DNA of 64,000 bases, from NCBI GenBank assembly GCA_965262715.1, contig OZ253553.1, positions 2,368,001-2,432,000 on the forward strand, in the 5' to 3' direction. Origin of the DNA: Bdellovibrionales bacterium. GTDB lineage: Bacteria > Bdellovibrionota > Bdellovibrionia > Bdellovibrionales > JAUICD01. Shown here piece by piece: positions 1 to 10,603 of this stretch (position 1 is its first letter; each line of letters opens with the position of its first letter). A program made the position numbers and the translations under genes. The notes under the pieces are model-generated. The model made no database searches. It had not been told where the DNA came from and was given only the letters and a program-made list of their open reading frames with translations.

Positions 1-443
1 AAGTGCTTTATATAATTAATAAGGCCCTGTTTTTTGATCCCTAAAACATTGTAGAGAACAAAAGAAACAAGTCCTATTGCAAATGTTGTATTTAAATTAT
101 CTGTAGCGGGTGTCAACCCTGGAATCAATCCTAAAAAGTTATTCAGGAAAATAAAAAGGAATAAAAAAGTAAAGAAAGGCACAAACTGCCGATTAGATTT
201 ACCAATAATAGCATCTGATTGACGACAAATAAATTCTAATATCACTTCGCAAAAACCAATAAGAGAAAGTTTATTACAAGGTGCATTATTGATTTCGTCA
301 GTTGAGCTCCTTCTGGTTGCAAGTTGCCTATTAATGATTACGCCTGCAATAATCATAGCAATGGAGACTAATAAAGTTGAAGCTATGTGTAGGTAGTGGT
401 GACCTACTCCAGGAATAAATTGTAGCCAGCTAAAATGTTCCAC
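1..443 (-). CDS. atpB: F0F1 ATP synthase subunit a (5' part; runs off window start)
   Basis: Not in ORF track. Manual translation from GTG at 443 with GAGGTG RBS gives MEHFSWLQFIPG...FLFIFLNNFLGLIPGLTPATDNLNTTFAIG...YIKH, the subunit-a signature. Confidence 0.92.
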   Translation of the reverse strand, partial: MEHFSWLQFIPGVGHHYLHIASTLLVSIAMIIAGVIINRQLATRRSSTDEINNAPCNKLSLIGFCEVILEFICRQSDAIIGKSNRQFVPFFTFLFLFIFLNNFLGLIPGLTPATDNLNTTFAIGLVSFVLYNVLGIKKQGLINYIKH

Positions 444-660
444 AATAACACCTCTTTATTATGTATATAGATTTTTCTCATAAATAGAAGATAATATCAA
501 GCTTATGCTATTTAAGAGAGAGCGTTAGTGCAATATTTTTCTGTTGATTTTTGCAAGATCAAAAAAGTATTTACATTAATGAGACTATTCATTTTAGCAG
601 AAGTAAAATATAGATTAAAGATTTTGTTTTAGATCACTTTAAAAGGGTTTTGGTATTTTA

Positions 661-2139
661 TCATTCTGAGGTTGCTGTATATCTATAAGAAATCTGAATT
701 TGAGTCCCCTCTGCAGGATGTGTATCAAATATGATTGCATTCTCTTGAGAGCTAAATTCCCAATTTGGCGCATCAGATGAAGGTGTAAAGGTCACATTGA
801 TGGTGCTTTCTATAATATTTGTGTGTTCCAATTCTATTTTATCTGATATTCTATTAGCAGTAAATTTCTTTTCAATATCGGAGATAATAGAATCGTAATT
901 TTCATTACAAATACTAGTTGTTATTCCACCTGTTAAATGAGCCAACTCAGTTGTAAAATATCCATAAGAACCGCCGCCACCATCAGTGTAATGTTCTTCA
1001 ACTTGTTCTATATCTGTAGTCTCTATCCAATAACCAGGTCGATAAGGTTTAGGACAAGGAGGTCCTTCTTCTGCCTGCTCTGGTACCCAAACCCTTGTTA
1101 CATTAGTTATAGATTTTACTGTTGATATTTTTGCTGTTGCTGTTCTTTCTGTGTTAAGACACTGTTGATCACCAGGTCGAATAATAATACCATAGGCTGA
1201 AAATTGTTTTGATGGACCAAGAATGCTTTGTATAGTTTGAATAACCTTTGCCGGCATTGTTGCTTGAGAGCCTCCTTTAGCAGTTTCATCTTCGTCTGAA
1301 ATAATAACAACAACTAAAGCTGCATCTGATCTAAAAAGAATATTATTTTCAGGTAGTTGTACTGTATTGATGATACTAGCTAGAGGTTCTTCTGTATCAT
1401 GAGGTTGATTGAAAGCTTGAGTTCCTTTATAAATAGTATTTTTAAAAACTTCAATAAGATTATGACTCGTGTTGAGTTCTTGGTTGAGTATTTGAATATA
1501 ATTGTCTCCAGGCATTGTGATCAACCCATTACTGTCTTCTAGATAATCTAGATGATGATAGATTGAATTTGCATAGGTGTTGACAAAGCCCATTTGCCAA
1601 TCAATAAATTCTAAAGAACCTGAAAATAGATTTTGAAAATGAGAAGATTCTAAGAAGGTTTTGTGATTTTCTTGCATCGATAGCGATTTATCTGTAGCAA
1701 TAAGAAAATCCACTTTTTGTTTAGTTGGCTGTGTTAAAGAACGTTGATAAGTGTTTTCATTTGAGGTAGGTCCATCTTGCCCGTTAGGTACCTTTGAATT
1801 GCTTTCCGCATCTTGCCCATTAGGCACCTTTGAATCACTTTTTCCATCTTGCCCATTAGGTACTGTTGAGTCACTTTTTGCGTCTTGCCCATTAGGTACT
1901 CCTTGTTTCCTGGTTTTATCTTGATTGTATGGAATATTTGAATTTTTGATTTCCGTGTTGGCTTGGTTATTTTCTTGATTGTTGCTAGAAAGCGAAGAAG
2001 AAGTTATATTTCCTGATTTGCAAGATATCATAAGCATGAGATAAAAAACGCAAAACATACTTTTAAATAAAGTGATTATAAAGTTTTTATTTAATTTTTT
2101 ACTTAATTTCATAGTTATTTTCAGCCTTTCTTTAGTCAT
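661..2139 (-). CDS. vWA-like domain lipoprotein with 12-aa tandem repeats
   Basis: Lipobox LMISC, low-complexity linker, MIDAS-like DKSLS, VVIISDEDE and SIC..Y motifs. True start uncertain. Confidence 0.7.
   Translation of the reverse strand: MTKERLKITMKLSKKLNKNFIITLFKSMFCVFYLMLMISCKSGNITSSSLSSNNQENNQANTEIKNSNIPYNQDKTRKQGVPNGQDAKSDSTVPNGQDGKSDSKVPNGQDAESNSKVPNGQDGPTSNENTYQRSLTQPTKQKVDFLIATDKSLSMQENHKTFLESSHFQNLFSGSLEFIDWQMGFVNTYANSIYHHLDYLEDSNGLITMPGDNYIQILNQELNTSHNLIEVFKNTIYKGTQAFNQPHDTEEPLASIINTVQLPENNILFRSDAALVVVIISDEDETAKGGSQATMPAKVIQTIQSILGPSKQFSAYGIIIRPGDQQCLNTERTATAKISTVKSITNVTRVWVPEQAEEGPPCPKPYRPGYWIETTDIEQVEEHYTDGGGGSYGYFTTELAHLTGGITTSICNENYDSIISDIEKKFTANRISDKIELEHTNIIESTINVTFTPSSDAPNWEFSSQENAIIFDTHPAEGTQIQISYRYTATSE
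1774..1899. repeat. 36-bp tandem repeat x3.5 encoding VPNGQD(A/G)xSxSx
   Basis: Units (a/g)tcttgccc(a/g)ttagg at 1774, 1810, 1846, 1882. Confidence 0.95.
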
Positions 2140-2158
2140 CTAATTAAAAAAATAATAG

Positions 2159-3286
2159 TTAGTTATAATAATCATAAGAAACATGTACCGTTGTGTTATC
2201 CTTAAGATTTGGTGGATCAAAAGTGATTTTGCTTGTCTGTGAATCAAACTGCCAACTTTGTGGAGCATTTTCAGATGGATCAAAACTTAATTCTATTGTG
2301 CCTTCTACAATACTTGTATGTCGTAATTCAATTTCATTTAGACCTACTCCTCCTAGTTTATTTTCTATATCAGAGCCTATTTGAGTTAGCAGAGGATTAT
2401 AATCTTCTTCACAAATACTTCCAATAATACCTTTTGTTTCAGTAATAAATGTAGAAACTGCATAGCTAAAATTTGTAATGTCATTCGTTTGATCCTCTGC
2501 ACATTGTGTATCACCAACTTTAGTAATAATTCCATAAGTAGCAAAATCTTTGGAGGAGTCTAAGTGATTATGTATGGATTCAATAACTTGTAAAGGAGTA
2601 GTATTTTCTTCATCGTCTTGACTTTTGTTTAATACAAGAACAGCTAGAAGAGCATCTTGTCTAAAGAATGTTTGATTTTCAGTTTTTCCTATACTTTGAA
2701 TAAGGCTTATTAAAGGTTGCATTTTTTGTCCGCTCCTTTGTGATGTTAGTGTTTCCATAAGGAGCTCTGTTATTGTGTAACTAGTTTGTAGTTCTGGAGT
2801 TAATGTATAAATATCCTTATTGGAATCAGATTCCTTAATATTTCCACTTCTATTTTTTAATGGAAAAAATGAGGGTATATTTGTATTATTATTTTGTGTT
2901 GGATCTTCAGATGTAAAAGCTATCTGCCAATCTATAGATTGAAAATTGTCATTGAGTAATAAGAGACTCAGACTTGTGCTTAATTTACTATCTGTTTGTG
3001 ATTGAGTAGCTGGGAGGACTATAAGAATATCTAACTTTTTGGGCTCAGAATCTTCTGATGTGATAGAATATTCTTCCTGCGAGGTATTTTTATTTGTAGG
3101 GTTGGAATTAGAACTAGAACTAGAACTAGAACTAGATTTAGATGATGAAGTTATAGGAGAATCCAGGCACCCTGTCATAAATACCAAAGAAAGACAAAGA
3201 AAAGAAATTTTAAATGAAGCTTTAATAATGTGTATCATGTCCGAACAAATATCCCTTAATAGTTTATCAAGCAATTTTGAGACCAA
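2159..3286 (-). CDS. vWA-like lipoprotein, paralog of 661-2139
   Basis: Lipobox MTGC, Ser run encoded by (tagaac)n. Shares DWQ, FR.DA.L.V, YGII...GD.QC, SIC.E.Y and IEL.HT.I.E.TI blocks with its neighbour. Confidence 0.7.
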   Translation of the reverse strand: MVSKLLDKLLRDICSDMIHIIKASFKISFLCLSLVFMTGCLDSPITSSSKSSSSSSSSSNSNPTNKNTSQEEYSITSEDSEPKKLDILIVLPATQSQTDSKLSTSLSLLLLNDNFQSIDWQIAFTSEDPTQNNNTNIPSFFPLKNRSGNIKESDSNKDIYTLTPELQTSYTITELLMETLTSQRSGQKMQPLISLIQSIGKTENQTFFRQDALLAVLVLNKSQDDEENTTPLQVIESIHNHLDSSKDFATYGIITKVGDTQCAEDQTNDITNFSYAVSTFITETKGIIGSICEEDYNPLLTQIGSDIENKLGGVGLNEIELRHTSIVEGTIELSFDPSENAPQSWQFDSQTSKITFDPPNLKDNTTVHVSYDYYN

Positions 3287-3377
3287 TACCTAAAAGGGGA
3301 TTAAAAGCATAAAAGCGGTTCATTTATTGATAAATATTTTGACAGGTGTAAAAAAAGAATTGCTTTTGATGTAATAA

Positions 3378-3537
3378 CTGATCTTACACAATTTTTATAA
3401 TTTTAAGAGATTTGTTGTTGTTTATTGATTTATCTAAGTTAAATCTTGATGAATTGCCATCTTTTGAAATCCGGAAATCTGGAAATCTGGGAAACCAGGA
3501 GACCAGAGAATCGAAACGCCTTGAGGCCGTAAGTTCC
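3378..3537 (+). repeat. Dispersed repeat family B copy (MITE-like)
   Basis: ctgatcttacacaatttttataattttaagagatttgttgttgtttattgatttatctaag matches copies at 18649, 52778(-) and 63950. Internal ggaaa(t/c)c reiterations; possible right end ccgtaagttcc. Confidence 0.75.
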
Positions 3538-3689
3538 TACATAAAAGCCAGGTAAATAGATAACTTTGTTTAATTGTTTTAAGAATAGTGGGATGCTTCT
3601 TCTTTATCCAAATAATTACATTTCTTGAAATAATAAATTTTCAGAGAGATGACCATAAAGAAGATAGAGTATATTAAAGTGAAAAATTG

Positions 3690-5615
3690 CTAATTCATTG
3701 ATAACCCTAAATCAACAGTTAGCAGGCTATCGCCCATCTCATTTTCATTTTTAGGAGTGTTTGGATCGTCGCTGACATCAGCACGATTGTTTGTATCACC
3801 TAATCCTAGTTGTCCTTTGTTATTACACCCCCAGCACTTTAACTGGTCATCATTTAAGATAGCGCATGTTTGAGCCCATCCTGTTGCAATAGTCTTAGCA
3901 GTATGATTTGCTCCCGTACTATTTGTTCCTAAGTCAACAGCTGGCAGGCTATCTCCCATCTGATTTGCTTGATCACCACGGCTATTTGTATCACCTAACC
4001 CTAATTCTCCTACATCGTTTTGTCCCCAGCATTTAACACTGTTGTCATCTAAGATAACACATGTATAAAAGAAGTCTGCTGCAATGGATTTAACTGTACG
4101 ACTGGTTCCTAAATCAACAGCTGGCAAATTATCTCCCATCTGATTTGCTTGATCACCACGATTATCTGTATGACCTAAACCTAACTGTCCTTTGTGATTT
4201 TCTCCCCAGCATTTAACACTGTCGTTATCTAAGATAGCACATGTATGACTATGGCTAGCCACAATAGCTTTAGCAGTTTTATTTGATCCCAAATCAACAG
4301 CTAGTAAATTATCTCCCATCTGATTTGCTTGATCACCACGGCTATTTGTATCACCTAAACCTAATTGTCCTTTATGATTGTGTCCCCAACATTTAACTTT
4401 ATCGTTATCTAAAATAACACACACATGTTTTTTTCCTGTGGCAATAGCTTTGGCAGTATGATTTGCTCCCGTACTATCTGTTCCTAGGTCAACAAGTGGC
4501 AGGTTATCTCCCATCTGATTTGCTTGACTACCACGATTATCTGTATGACCTAGCCCTAGTTGTCCTTTATCATTTTTACCCCAGCATTTAACTTCGTTAT
4601 TATCTAAGATAGCACATGTATAGTGTTCTCCCGCAGAAACAACTTTAGCAGTTCGATCTGTTCCTAAGTCAACAGCTAACAGATTGTCTCCCATATTATC
4701 AGGATTATTACCGCGATTATCTGTATGACCTAGTCCTAATTGCCCGTAATTATTGCCACCCCAGCATTTAACATTATTATTATCTAAAACAGCGCAAACA
4801 TGATTATTGGGATCACTTCCTTCTGGATTATCTCCTACTGTGATAAACTTAGCAGTGCGATTTGTTCCTAAATTAATAGCTTGTAAATTTTGTCCCATCT
4901 CATTTAGTTCATCACCAATGGATGTTGTACTTCCGGTTACTACTTCATAGCCTAATTGACCATTTTTACCTTCTCCCCAACACTTTACTAAACCAGCATT
5001 ACTTAAATAGCAGGAAAGCTCAAAACCTGTAGAAATAGGATTATAGAGTGTATACGACAAATTTTCAGTACTACACTCAGTAGTACTGTTTTGATTTGCT
5101 TTTATGCCAGCATAAATATTATGAGCTCCAAGGTGTAAAAGGTTTCTAATAGTTATATCTACAGATGATGCGTCTTTTGGTACAGTTATTGGATCAGAAA
5201 GCACACTTAAATCATTGCAAGTTGACGAAGCATAAAGTTGAACTTCTCGACCAGATTCTATCCCTTTTCCACTAACTTGGATAGTTGGAGTTTTGTTTTC
5301 ATAGAAAGGAAGTATTTCTGTTTGAGGTGCTGGACTTACTAAAGTGAATGTTAGGATATTATTTTGTGTTGTTGAAGTTGTTGTAGATGTAGAGGTTGTT
5401 AAAGTTGTTGAAGTTGTTGAAGTTGTTGAAGTTGTTGAAGTTGTTGAAGTTGTTGTGGAAGTCGGTGTATTTGAGTCTAAATCTTTTTGGTTTTTATCAC
5501 TACAGCTGGTTAAAGTAGCCATAAAAAAAAATAGAACAAATAATTTTTGAAAGGTTTGTTTCTTACAGAATTGCTTTAATTTTATATTCATAATTAAAAT
5601 ACCTACTTGTCTCAT
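3690..5615 (-). CDS. RCC1/BLIP-II beta-propeller repeat lipoprotein
   Basis: Lipobox LTSC, Thr/Ser linker, 7 repeats of C.ILD...VKCWG.N..GQLGLG. Confidence 0.9.
   Translation of the reverse strand: MRQVGILIMNIKLKQFCKKQTFQKLFVLFFFMATLTSCSDKNQKDLDSNTPTSTTTSTTSTTSTTSTTSTTLTTSTSTTTSTTQNNILTFTLVSPAPQTEILPFYENKTPTIQVSGKGIESGREVQLYASSTCNDLSVLSDPITVPKDASSVDITIRNLLHLGAHNIYAGIKANQNSTTECSTENLSYTLYNPISTGFELSCYLSNAGLVKCWGEGKNGQLGYEVVTGSTTSIGDELNEMGQNLQAINLGTNRTAKFITVGDNPEGSDPNNHVCAVLDNNNVKCWGGNNYGQLGLGHTDNRGNNPDNMGDNLLAVDLGTDRTAKVVSAGEHYTCAILDNNEVKCWGKNDKGQLGLGHTDNRGSQANQMGDNLPLVDLGTDSTGANHTAKAIATGKKHVCVILDNDKVKCWGHNHKGQLGLGDTNSRGDQANQMGDNLLAVDLGSNKTAKAIVASHSHTCAILDNDSVKCWGENHKGQLGLGHTDNRGDQANQMGDNLPAVDLGTSRTVKSIAADFFYTCVILDDNSVKCWGQNDVGELGLGDTNSRGDQANQMGDSLPAVDLGTNSTGANHTAKTIATGWAQTCAILNDDQLKCWGCNNKGQLGLGDTNNRADVSDDPNTPKNENEMGDSLLTVDLGLSMN
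5367..5455. repeat. 9-bp microsatellite (gttgttgaa)n encoding a Thr/Ser linker
   Basis: Direct reading of the tandem gaagttgtt units. Confidence 0.9.
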
Positions 5616-5772
5616 GTTGAAACGAAACGGAATGATTGGGGGTTTTATCCTTTGTTAAATGCTTCGGTATAAAATGATAATTGGTTTAGAAATGATAAAG
5701 GAATATAGCAATAATAATGAATAATGCGCGAATTACTTGCCTTTAGTAGAGAGTAATTTTTTTGAAGAAGGC

Positions 5773-6993
5773 TTATCTGTTTTTAATATTAGATTTTTTT
5801 AAGAAGTCTATTGCATCTTGCTTGCTTTGTATTTGGTTGTTGAGTTGAGCTTCCCTAAGGACTTCAATAATTTGTCCTAGCTTTTTACCGGTTTGAAACC
5901 CCATTTGTTTTAAGTCATTGCCTGAGAGCAGAGGATCAGGAAGTTTTGGATATATTTCTTTTGTTTTGTAAAGCAAATCCAAGTCTTCTTTTTTGTTAAG
6001 TGCTTTTAGTAAGGCACAAATATCTTTGAAGAACTCATTGCTAACAAGATTTCTTAATTGAGATAAGCTCATATTTTGTATATCTTGTTTTACAATAGAA
6101 GATAGATAAAAGATATATTTTATAGTTTTTTTTGAAAGCTTTATTTTTTTCAGGAAATTTTCTGTATGGTATGAAGGCCACTCATAGGTTAGTAATATCA
6201 GTCGTACATTTATATCTCCATAAAGGGTTGTTTGAGGTATAGGCAAAGGAGGAAATTGAGTGCCTAAAAAAGTTTGAAAGAGTTTTGTAGACTCAAGCAG
6301 AATAAGTCCTCTTTGATATTTTTTGGCAAGTAAGGTTTTAAAAAGTTCTTCTCTAACACGCTCAATGCTTATCTTAGTAACTTGAGACTTTTGTTTTGTG
6401 ATAGCTTGAAGTGTGTTTTGCTCTAAGTCCCAGTCTAATTGCGCTGAAAAGCGAATAGCGCGGAACAGTCTTAAGCCATCTTCTGCAAAGCGTTCTTCTG
6501 CAGTGCCTACACATCTGATTTGTTTTTTTAATATATCTTTTATTCCATCAACAAAGTCTATAAGTCTATTATTGATAACATCAAAAAATAAAGCATTGCA
6601 GGTGAAGTCTCTTCTTTGAGCATCTTCTTTTGGATTAGAAAAGCAAATATTTTCAGGATGTCTACCATCTTTGTAGTAGCCGTCGCTACGAAAAGAAGTG
6701 ATTTCATAGTTTTTGTTTTCTTTACAAACAGTTATTGTGCCGAAGTTTTTTCCAAGAGATAAGGTTTGTGGAAATATTTTTTCTATAGTTTCAGGAGTAG
6801 CGTCAGTTGCAAGATCAATATCTTTAGGGGTAAGACCGCAGAGAATATCTCGAATACAGCCTCCAACAAGCCATGCTTTGTAACCTTTTTTATCAAAATT
6901 ATGAATAATATCTTTAATATCTGGCCATTGACTTAAAGATTGAATTACTTTTAGGAGGTTTGAAGAATTGATTGAGGTTTCTGTATGAGCCAT
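5773..6993 (-). CDS. cca: CCA tRNA nucleotidyltransferase
   Basis: LVGGCIRD, DIDLAT, RRDFTCNA and EDGLRLFRAIRF motifs. Confidence 0.9.
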   Translation of the reverse strand: MAHTETSINSSNLLKVIQSLSQWPDIKDIIHNFDKKGYKAWLVGGCIRDILCGLTPKDIDLATDATPETIEKIFPQTLSLGKNFGTITVCKENKNYEITSFRSDGYYKDGRHPENICFSNPKEDAQRRDFTCNALFFDVINNRLIDFVDGIKDILKKQIRCVGTAEERFAEDGLRLFRAIRFSAQLDWDLEQNTLQAITKQKSQVTKISIERVREELFKTLLAKKYQRGLILLESTKLFQTFLGTQFPPLPIPQTTLYGDINVRLILLTYEWPSYHTENFLKKIKLSKKTIKYIFYLSSIVKQDIQNMSLSQLRNLVSNEFFKDICALLKALNKKEDLDLLYKTKEIYPKLPDPLLSGNDLKQMGFQTGKKLGQIIEVLREAQLNNQIQSKQDAIDFLKKSNIKNR

Positions 6994-7016
6994 ATTTTTT
7001 ATGTCTTATTTTGACT

Positions 7017-7760
7017 TTATTGCTTAATATAATTTTCAAAAATTGTTTTTTGTTTATAATGCGTATTACTTTCTGTGCTATTATTGCATTGTCCATCTTT
7101 AAGAGTTAAAATACGAGGAAATCTTTGTGAGAATCTTTGGTCATGAGTTGCTACAACTAATGTGAGCTTTTTTGTTTCATGTAGTTTAAAAAAGATATCT
7201 TCAATGATTTGTGCGTTTTTGTTATCTAAGTTACCTGTAGGTTCATCTGCAAATAAGATATCGGGTTCTTGTATTAAAGCTCTGGCAATGGCTACTCTCT
7301 GTTGTTCTCCACCGCTTAACTGCTTAGGAAGATGGTCTTGACGATGATCAACTCCCAGTTCTTTGAGTAAATATTTTGCTTTTTGGGCAATTTCTTTTTT
7401 AGGTGTGCCTGCAATTCTTGCAGGTAACATCACATTTTCTAGTGCTGTAAATTCTTTTAATAGATGGTGAAATTGAAATACAAATCCCATATTTTGATTG
7501 CGAAAAAGAGCTAGTGCTTCTGGAGTTTGATCAAATATATCTTTTCCCTTGTAGAAGATATACCCATTTGATGGTTGATCTAGTGTACCCAATATATGTA
7601 AAAGAGTTGTTTTTCCTGTACCAGAGCTTCCCATGATGCATAGTGCTTCTCCTTGATGAATTTTGAGATTTAAATCTAAAAGAACATCAACTTTATGGCT
7701 TTCTGTTTTGTAGTTTTTAAAAAGATTTTTTGCTTCTAGTAAGAATGCATTATTATTCAT
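7017..7760 (-). CDS. lolD: Lipoprotein-releasing ABC transporter ATPase
   Basis: Walker [35 protein letters not shown]; next to a LolC/E gene. Confidence 0.9.
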   Translation of the reverse strand: MNNNAFLLEAKNLFKNYKTESHKVDVLLDLNLKIHQGEALCIMGSSGTGKTTLLHILGTLDQPSNGYIFYKGKDIFDQTPEALALFRNQNMGFVFQFHHLLKEFTALENVMLPARIAGTPKKEIAQKAKYLLKELGVDHRQDHLPKQLSGGEQQRVAIARALIQEPDILFADEPTGNLDNKNAQIIEDIFFKLHETKKLTLVVATHDQRFSQRFPRILTLKDGQCNNSTESNTHYKQKTIFENYIKQ

Positions 7761-7944
7761 ATTTTATCCTTGTTTATATAGTTTCTAGAATACATATTTG
7801 CTAGAATAACACACATAATGTTTAAGAGCTATTCTTGCAGAATGCAAAACTTATTTTGAAGCAGGCTCTAGTTATTCATAATGAAGAAAATGTTCTAATG
7901 TTATGTAAGAGGTAAATTAAGGCATGTAAATTCTATTAGAAAAG

Positions 7945-9162
7945 CTATCCGTAACGTAGGCCTTGAGTGGGATTGACTTTAGAGCCTTTGAGTGCAGGCA
8001 AAAGAGTTGAGAAGAAGCATATGATAAGAGTTGTTCCTATCACGAGGGATATATCTGTGAACCTCATTTCTACTGGGAGGTGATCGAATTGGTATATTTC
8101 ACTGGGGACATATATGAAACTGCTATATTTTACAATTTGGCACAATACCCATCCTAGACAGAGTCCTAGAAATGATCCGATGAGACCGATTGTTAATCCA
8201 TAGGTGATGAATAGATTGATGAGAAAAGTTTTATTTGCTCCTAATGTTTGGAGTATACTGATGTCAGCGAAGCGTTTGAGGACATGTACAAAGAGTGTGC
8301 TGCATACATTAAAGCAAGCGACAATTACGATGAATAGCAGTACGATAAAAATAACCCATTTTTGCACTGCTACTTCTGAGAAAAAGACATAATTACTACT
8401 ATACCAGTCTCTCATATAGTAGTCGTAGCCTAGATGTTCTCCTATTTTCAGTGTAGCTTGTCTTGCAGCTTCATCTGAGTGAAAGTTTATTCTTAGGCCG
8501 GAATACATTTGTGATTTCCACCCTTTCAATTTTTGGAGATATGTATCTTGGACGAACACCATACGAGTGTTGTAGTCATATTTACCCATGTCTAGTGTTC
8601 CTGCCAGGTAGAAGGAGCTTATTTTAGGTGAGAAAGATCTTTCATTTATGAGATGAGGTGTTGGTACAACGATTTGGAATTCATCTCCTATTTTCAGATT
8701 TAATTTATTGGCTAAGACTTCTCCTAAGACAGCTGCTCCTTTTTGGTTTTGTGATGTTAATGTTAGATTTCCTTTGATGACTCTACTTTTGAGTTTTAGT
8801 GTATTTTGATAAGTTTTAGGATTAAGTCCATGGACGATGACACCCGACAAGACTCCTTTGGAGGCAATAAGTCCTTCAGCGTGTACAAATGGGCTGATAT
8901 TTTTCAATTTGGGTAATATTTCATGGAGAGTTTTTTGAAGTTTGGAGGGATTTTTAATAGGGCCGTGGGAGTTCATCAGGATAAAATGTCCATTGACATC
9001 AATAATGACTTTTCTTAGATGAGATTCCACTCCGCTAACTACTGACATGCTTAAAATAAGGCATCCTATAGCTAGGGCTAATCCTAATATAGCTAGTAAA
9101 GAGGTCAATCCAATGAGCCGTCCTGCTCTTAAGTATTTCCATATTATAAAAAAGTGAAGCAT
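7945..9162 (-). CDS. lolE: Lipoprotein-releasing ABC transporter permease (LolC/LolE family)
   Basis: MacB/FtsX-type topology; IVACFNV, ISILQTLGA, TLLPA...NP..GLRY motifs. Confidence 0.82.
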   Translation of the reverse strand: MLHFFIIWKYLRAGRLIGLTSLLAILGLALAIGCLILSMSVVSGVESHLRKVIIDVNGHFILMNSHGPIKNPSKLQKTLHEILPKLKNISPFVHAEGLIASKGVLSGVIVHGLNPKTYQNTLKLKSRVIKGNLTLTSQNQKGAAVLGEVLANKLNLKIGDEFQIVVPTPHLINERSFSPKISSFYLAGTLDMGKYDYNTRMVFVQDTYLQKLKGWKSQMYSGLRINFHSDEAARQATLKIGEHLGYDYYMRDWYSSNYVFFSEVAVQKWVIFIVLLFIVIVACFNVCSTLFVHVLKRFADISILQTLGANKTFLINLFITYGLTIGLIGSFLGLCLGWVLCQIVKYSSFIYVPSEIYQFDHLPVEMRFTDISLVIGTTLIICFFSTLLPALKGSKVNPTQGLRYG

Positions 9163-10306
9163 TTAAGTACTATCTTTTTGTTTTTGGGTTTGATTTCTTA
9201 AAAATGCTTTGATGAAGGGGCTGATATTTCCATCGAGGACTGTATTGATATTACCAACTTCTAGTGTTGTTCTATGATCTTTCACCATTTGGTAAGGATG
9301 CATGATGTACGAGCGAATTTGACTACCCCATTCATTGGCCATTTTTTCTGCATTGGTTTTTGCCCTTTCAGTTTCTTTTTTTTCACGTTCTTTTTCGTAT
9401 AGGATGGATTTGAGCATTTTCATAGCTTTATCACGGTTGGAGTGTTGAGAGCGGTCATTTTGGCATTGGACGACAGCACCTGTCTTATGGTGTGTGATTC
9501 TCACAGCTGAGTCTGTTTTATTAACATGTTGTCCACCAGCTCCACTTGCTCTATAAGTGTCAACTCGAATATCTTCTGGTTTAATTTCTATTTGGATTTG
9601 TTCATCCACTTCAGGCCATACATCTATAGCTGCAAAAGATGTATGTCTTTTAGCATTAGAATCAAATGGTGAGATACGAACAAGTCGATGTATTCCTTTT
9701 TCACATTTAAGATAACCGTATGCATATTCTCCCTGGATTAAAACAGTTACTGATTTAATGCCTGCTTCTTCTGCGGCGGTTATTTCTTGATAGATTGTTT
9801 TGTATTTTTGATTTTCTGCCCATTTCATATACATACGCAGAAGTATTTCTGCCCAATCGCAAGCATCTGTTCCACCTGCTCCTGAATTAATAGTGAGATA
9901 GGCATTATTGGTATCTAGAGGTTGTCCTAGTAGAGTTTGAAGGTCTAAATCTTGAGAGAGAGATTTTAGGGATTGAAACTCTAAGTGAAATTCTTCAAAG
10001 AGGCTATCTTGCTCTTGGGTTTGTGAAGATTCACAGATCATTTCTAAAAGAGTTTCTAAGTTTTCCATTTGAGTTTTTAATGTTTGCCATTGTTCAATAG
10101 GTTTTTGAAGTAGTGTTTTTTCTTGATTGAGCTTTTGCATTTCTTTTGGATTTTTCCAAAGGTTGGGATCTTTTAGGAGCTGATCTATTTCTAAGATGCG
10201 GGTTTGTTTGTGGTGGACGTCAAAGATACCTCTGAAGGTTTAATATATCTTTTTGAAGATTTTGAAATTGTGAGGAAATATGAGCTAGGTCTTTTGAAAT
10301 ATTCAT
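9163..10306 (-). CDS. prfB: Peptide chain release factor 2, programmed +1 frameshift
   Basis: GGQ and SPF motifs. ATG at 10306 with AAGGAG RBS; the first frame ends AGG TAT CTT TGA C (10231-10219) and the +1 frame continues into the track ORF. Confidence 0.96.
10219..10233 (-). promoter_or_regulatory. prfB +1 frameshift site (internal SD-like AGAGG + CTT TGA C)
   Basis: Minus strand reads agaggtatCTTTGAC. Confidence 0.93.
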
Positions 10307-10603
10307 TATGCTCCTTTATGATTCCATTTTGATAAAAAGTTGTTGTGAGTGGCTCTAAGGGTCTAATTTTCACACAAAACATCTATTAATTATATTTTGT
10401 TATTTAAATAGTATTTGTCAATAAGAAACTGGTTTGTTTTGTAGCGTATTTGTAATACATTCTTTTAACCTATGGTTATAATCATAGGAGTCAAGATGAA
10501 TCCGCTGTTTACATTTATCTTCAATAATAATTTCTTGTACTGGCTCACCCATTTCAAAACTTAGAACTGTCATCGGCTGTGAGGTTAAAGTGAGGTGTAC
10601 CCT

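Noticed and set aside
3690..5000. Diversity-generating retroelement acting on RCC1 repeats
   Set aside because: No reverse transcriptase or non-coding template repeat in the window, and differences do not appear limited to adenines.
5344..5550. VEV-repeat ORF, and the ELELEL ORF at 3039-3293
   Set aside because: Antisense shadows of Thr/Ser and Ser microsatellites in real genes.
7824..7871. Possible mini IS5-type relic (agagctattc...gaagcaggctct)
   Set aside because: IR is short and imperfect, and there is no second copy in the window.
10191..10382. 63-aa ORF upstream of prfB
   Set aside because: Overlaps the true prfB 5' segment in another frame.
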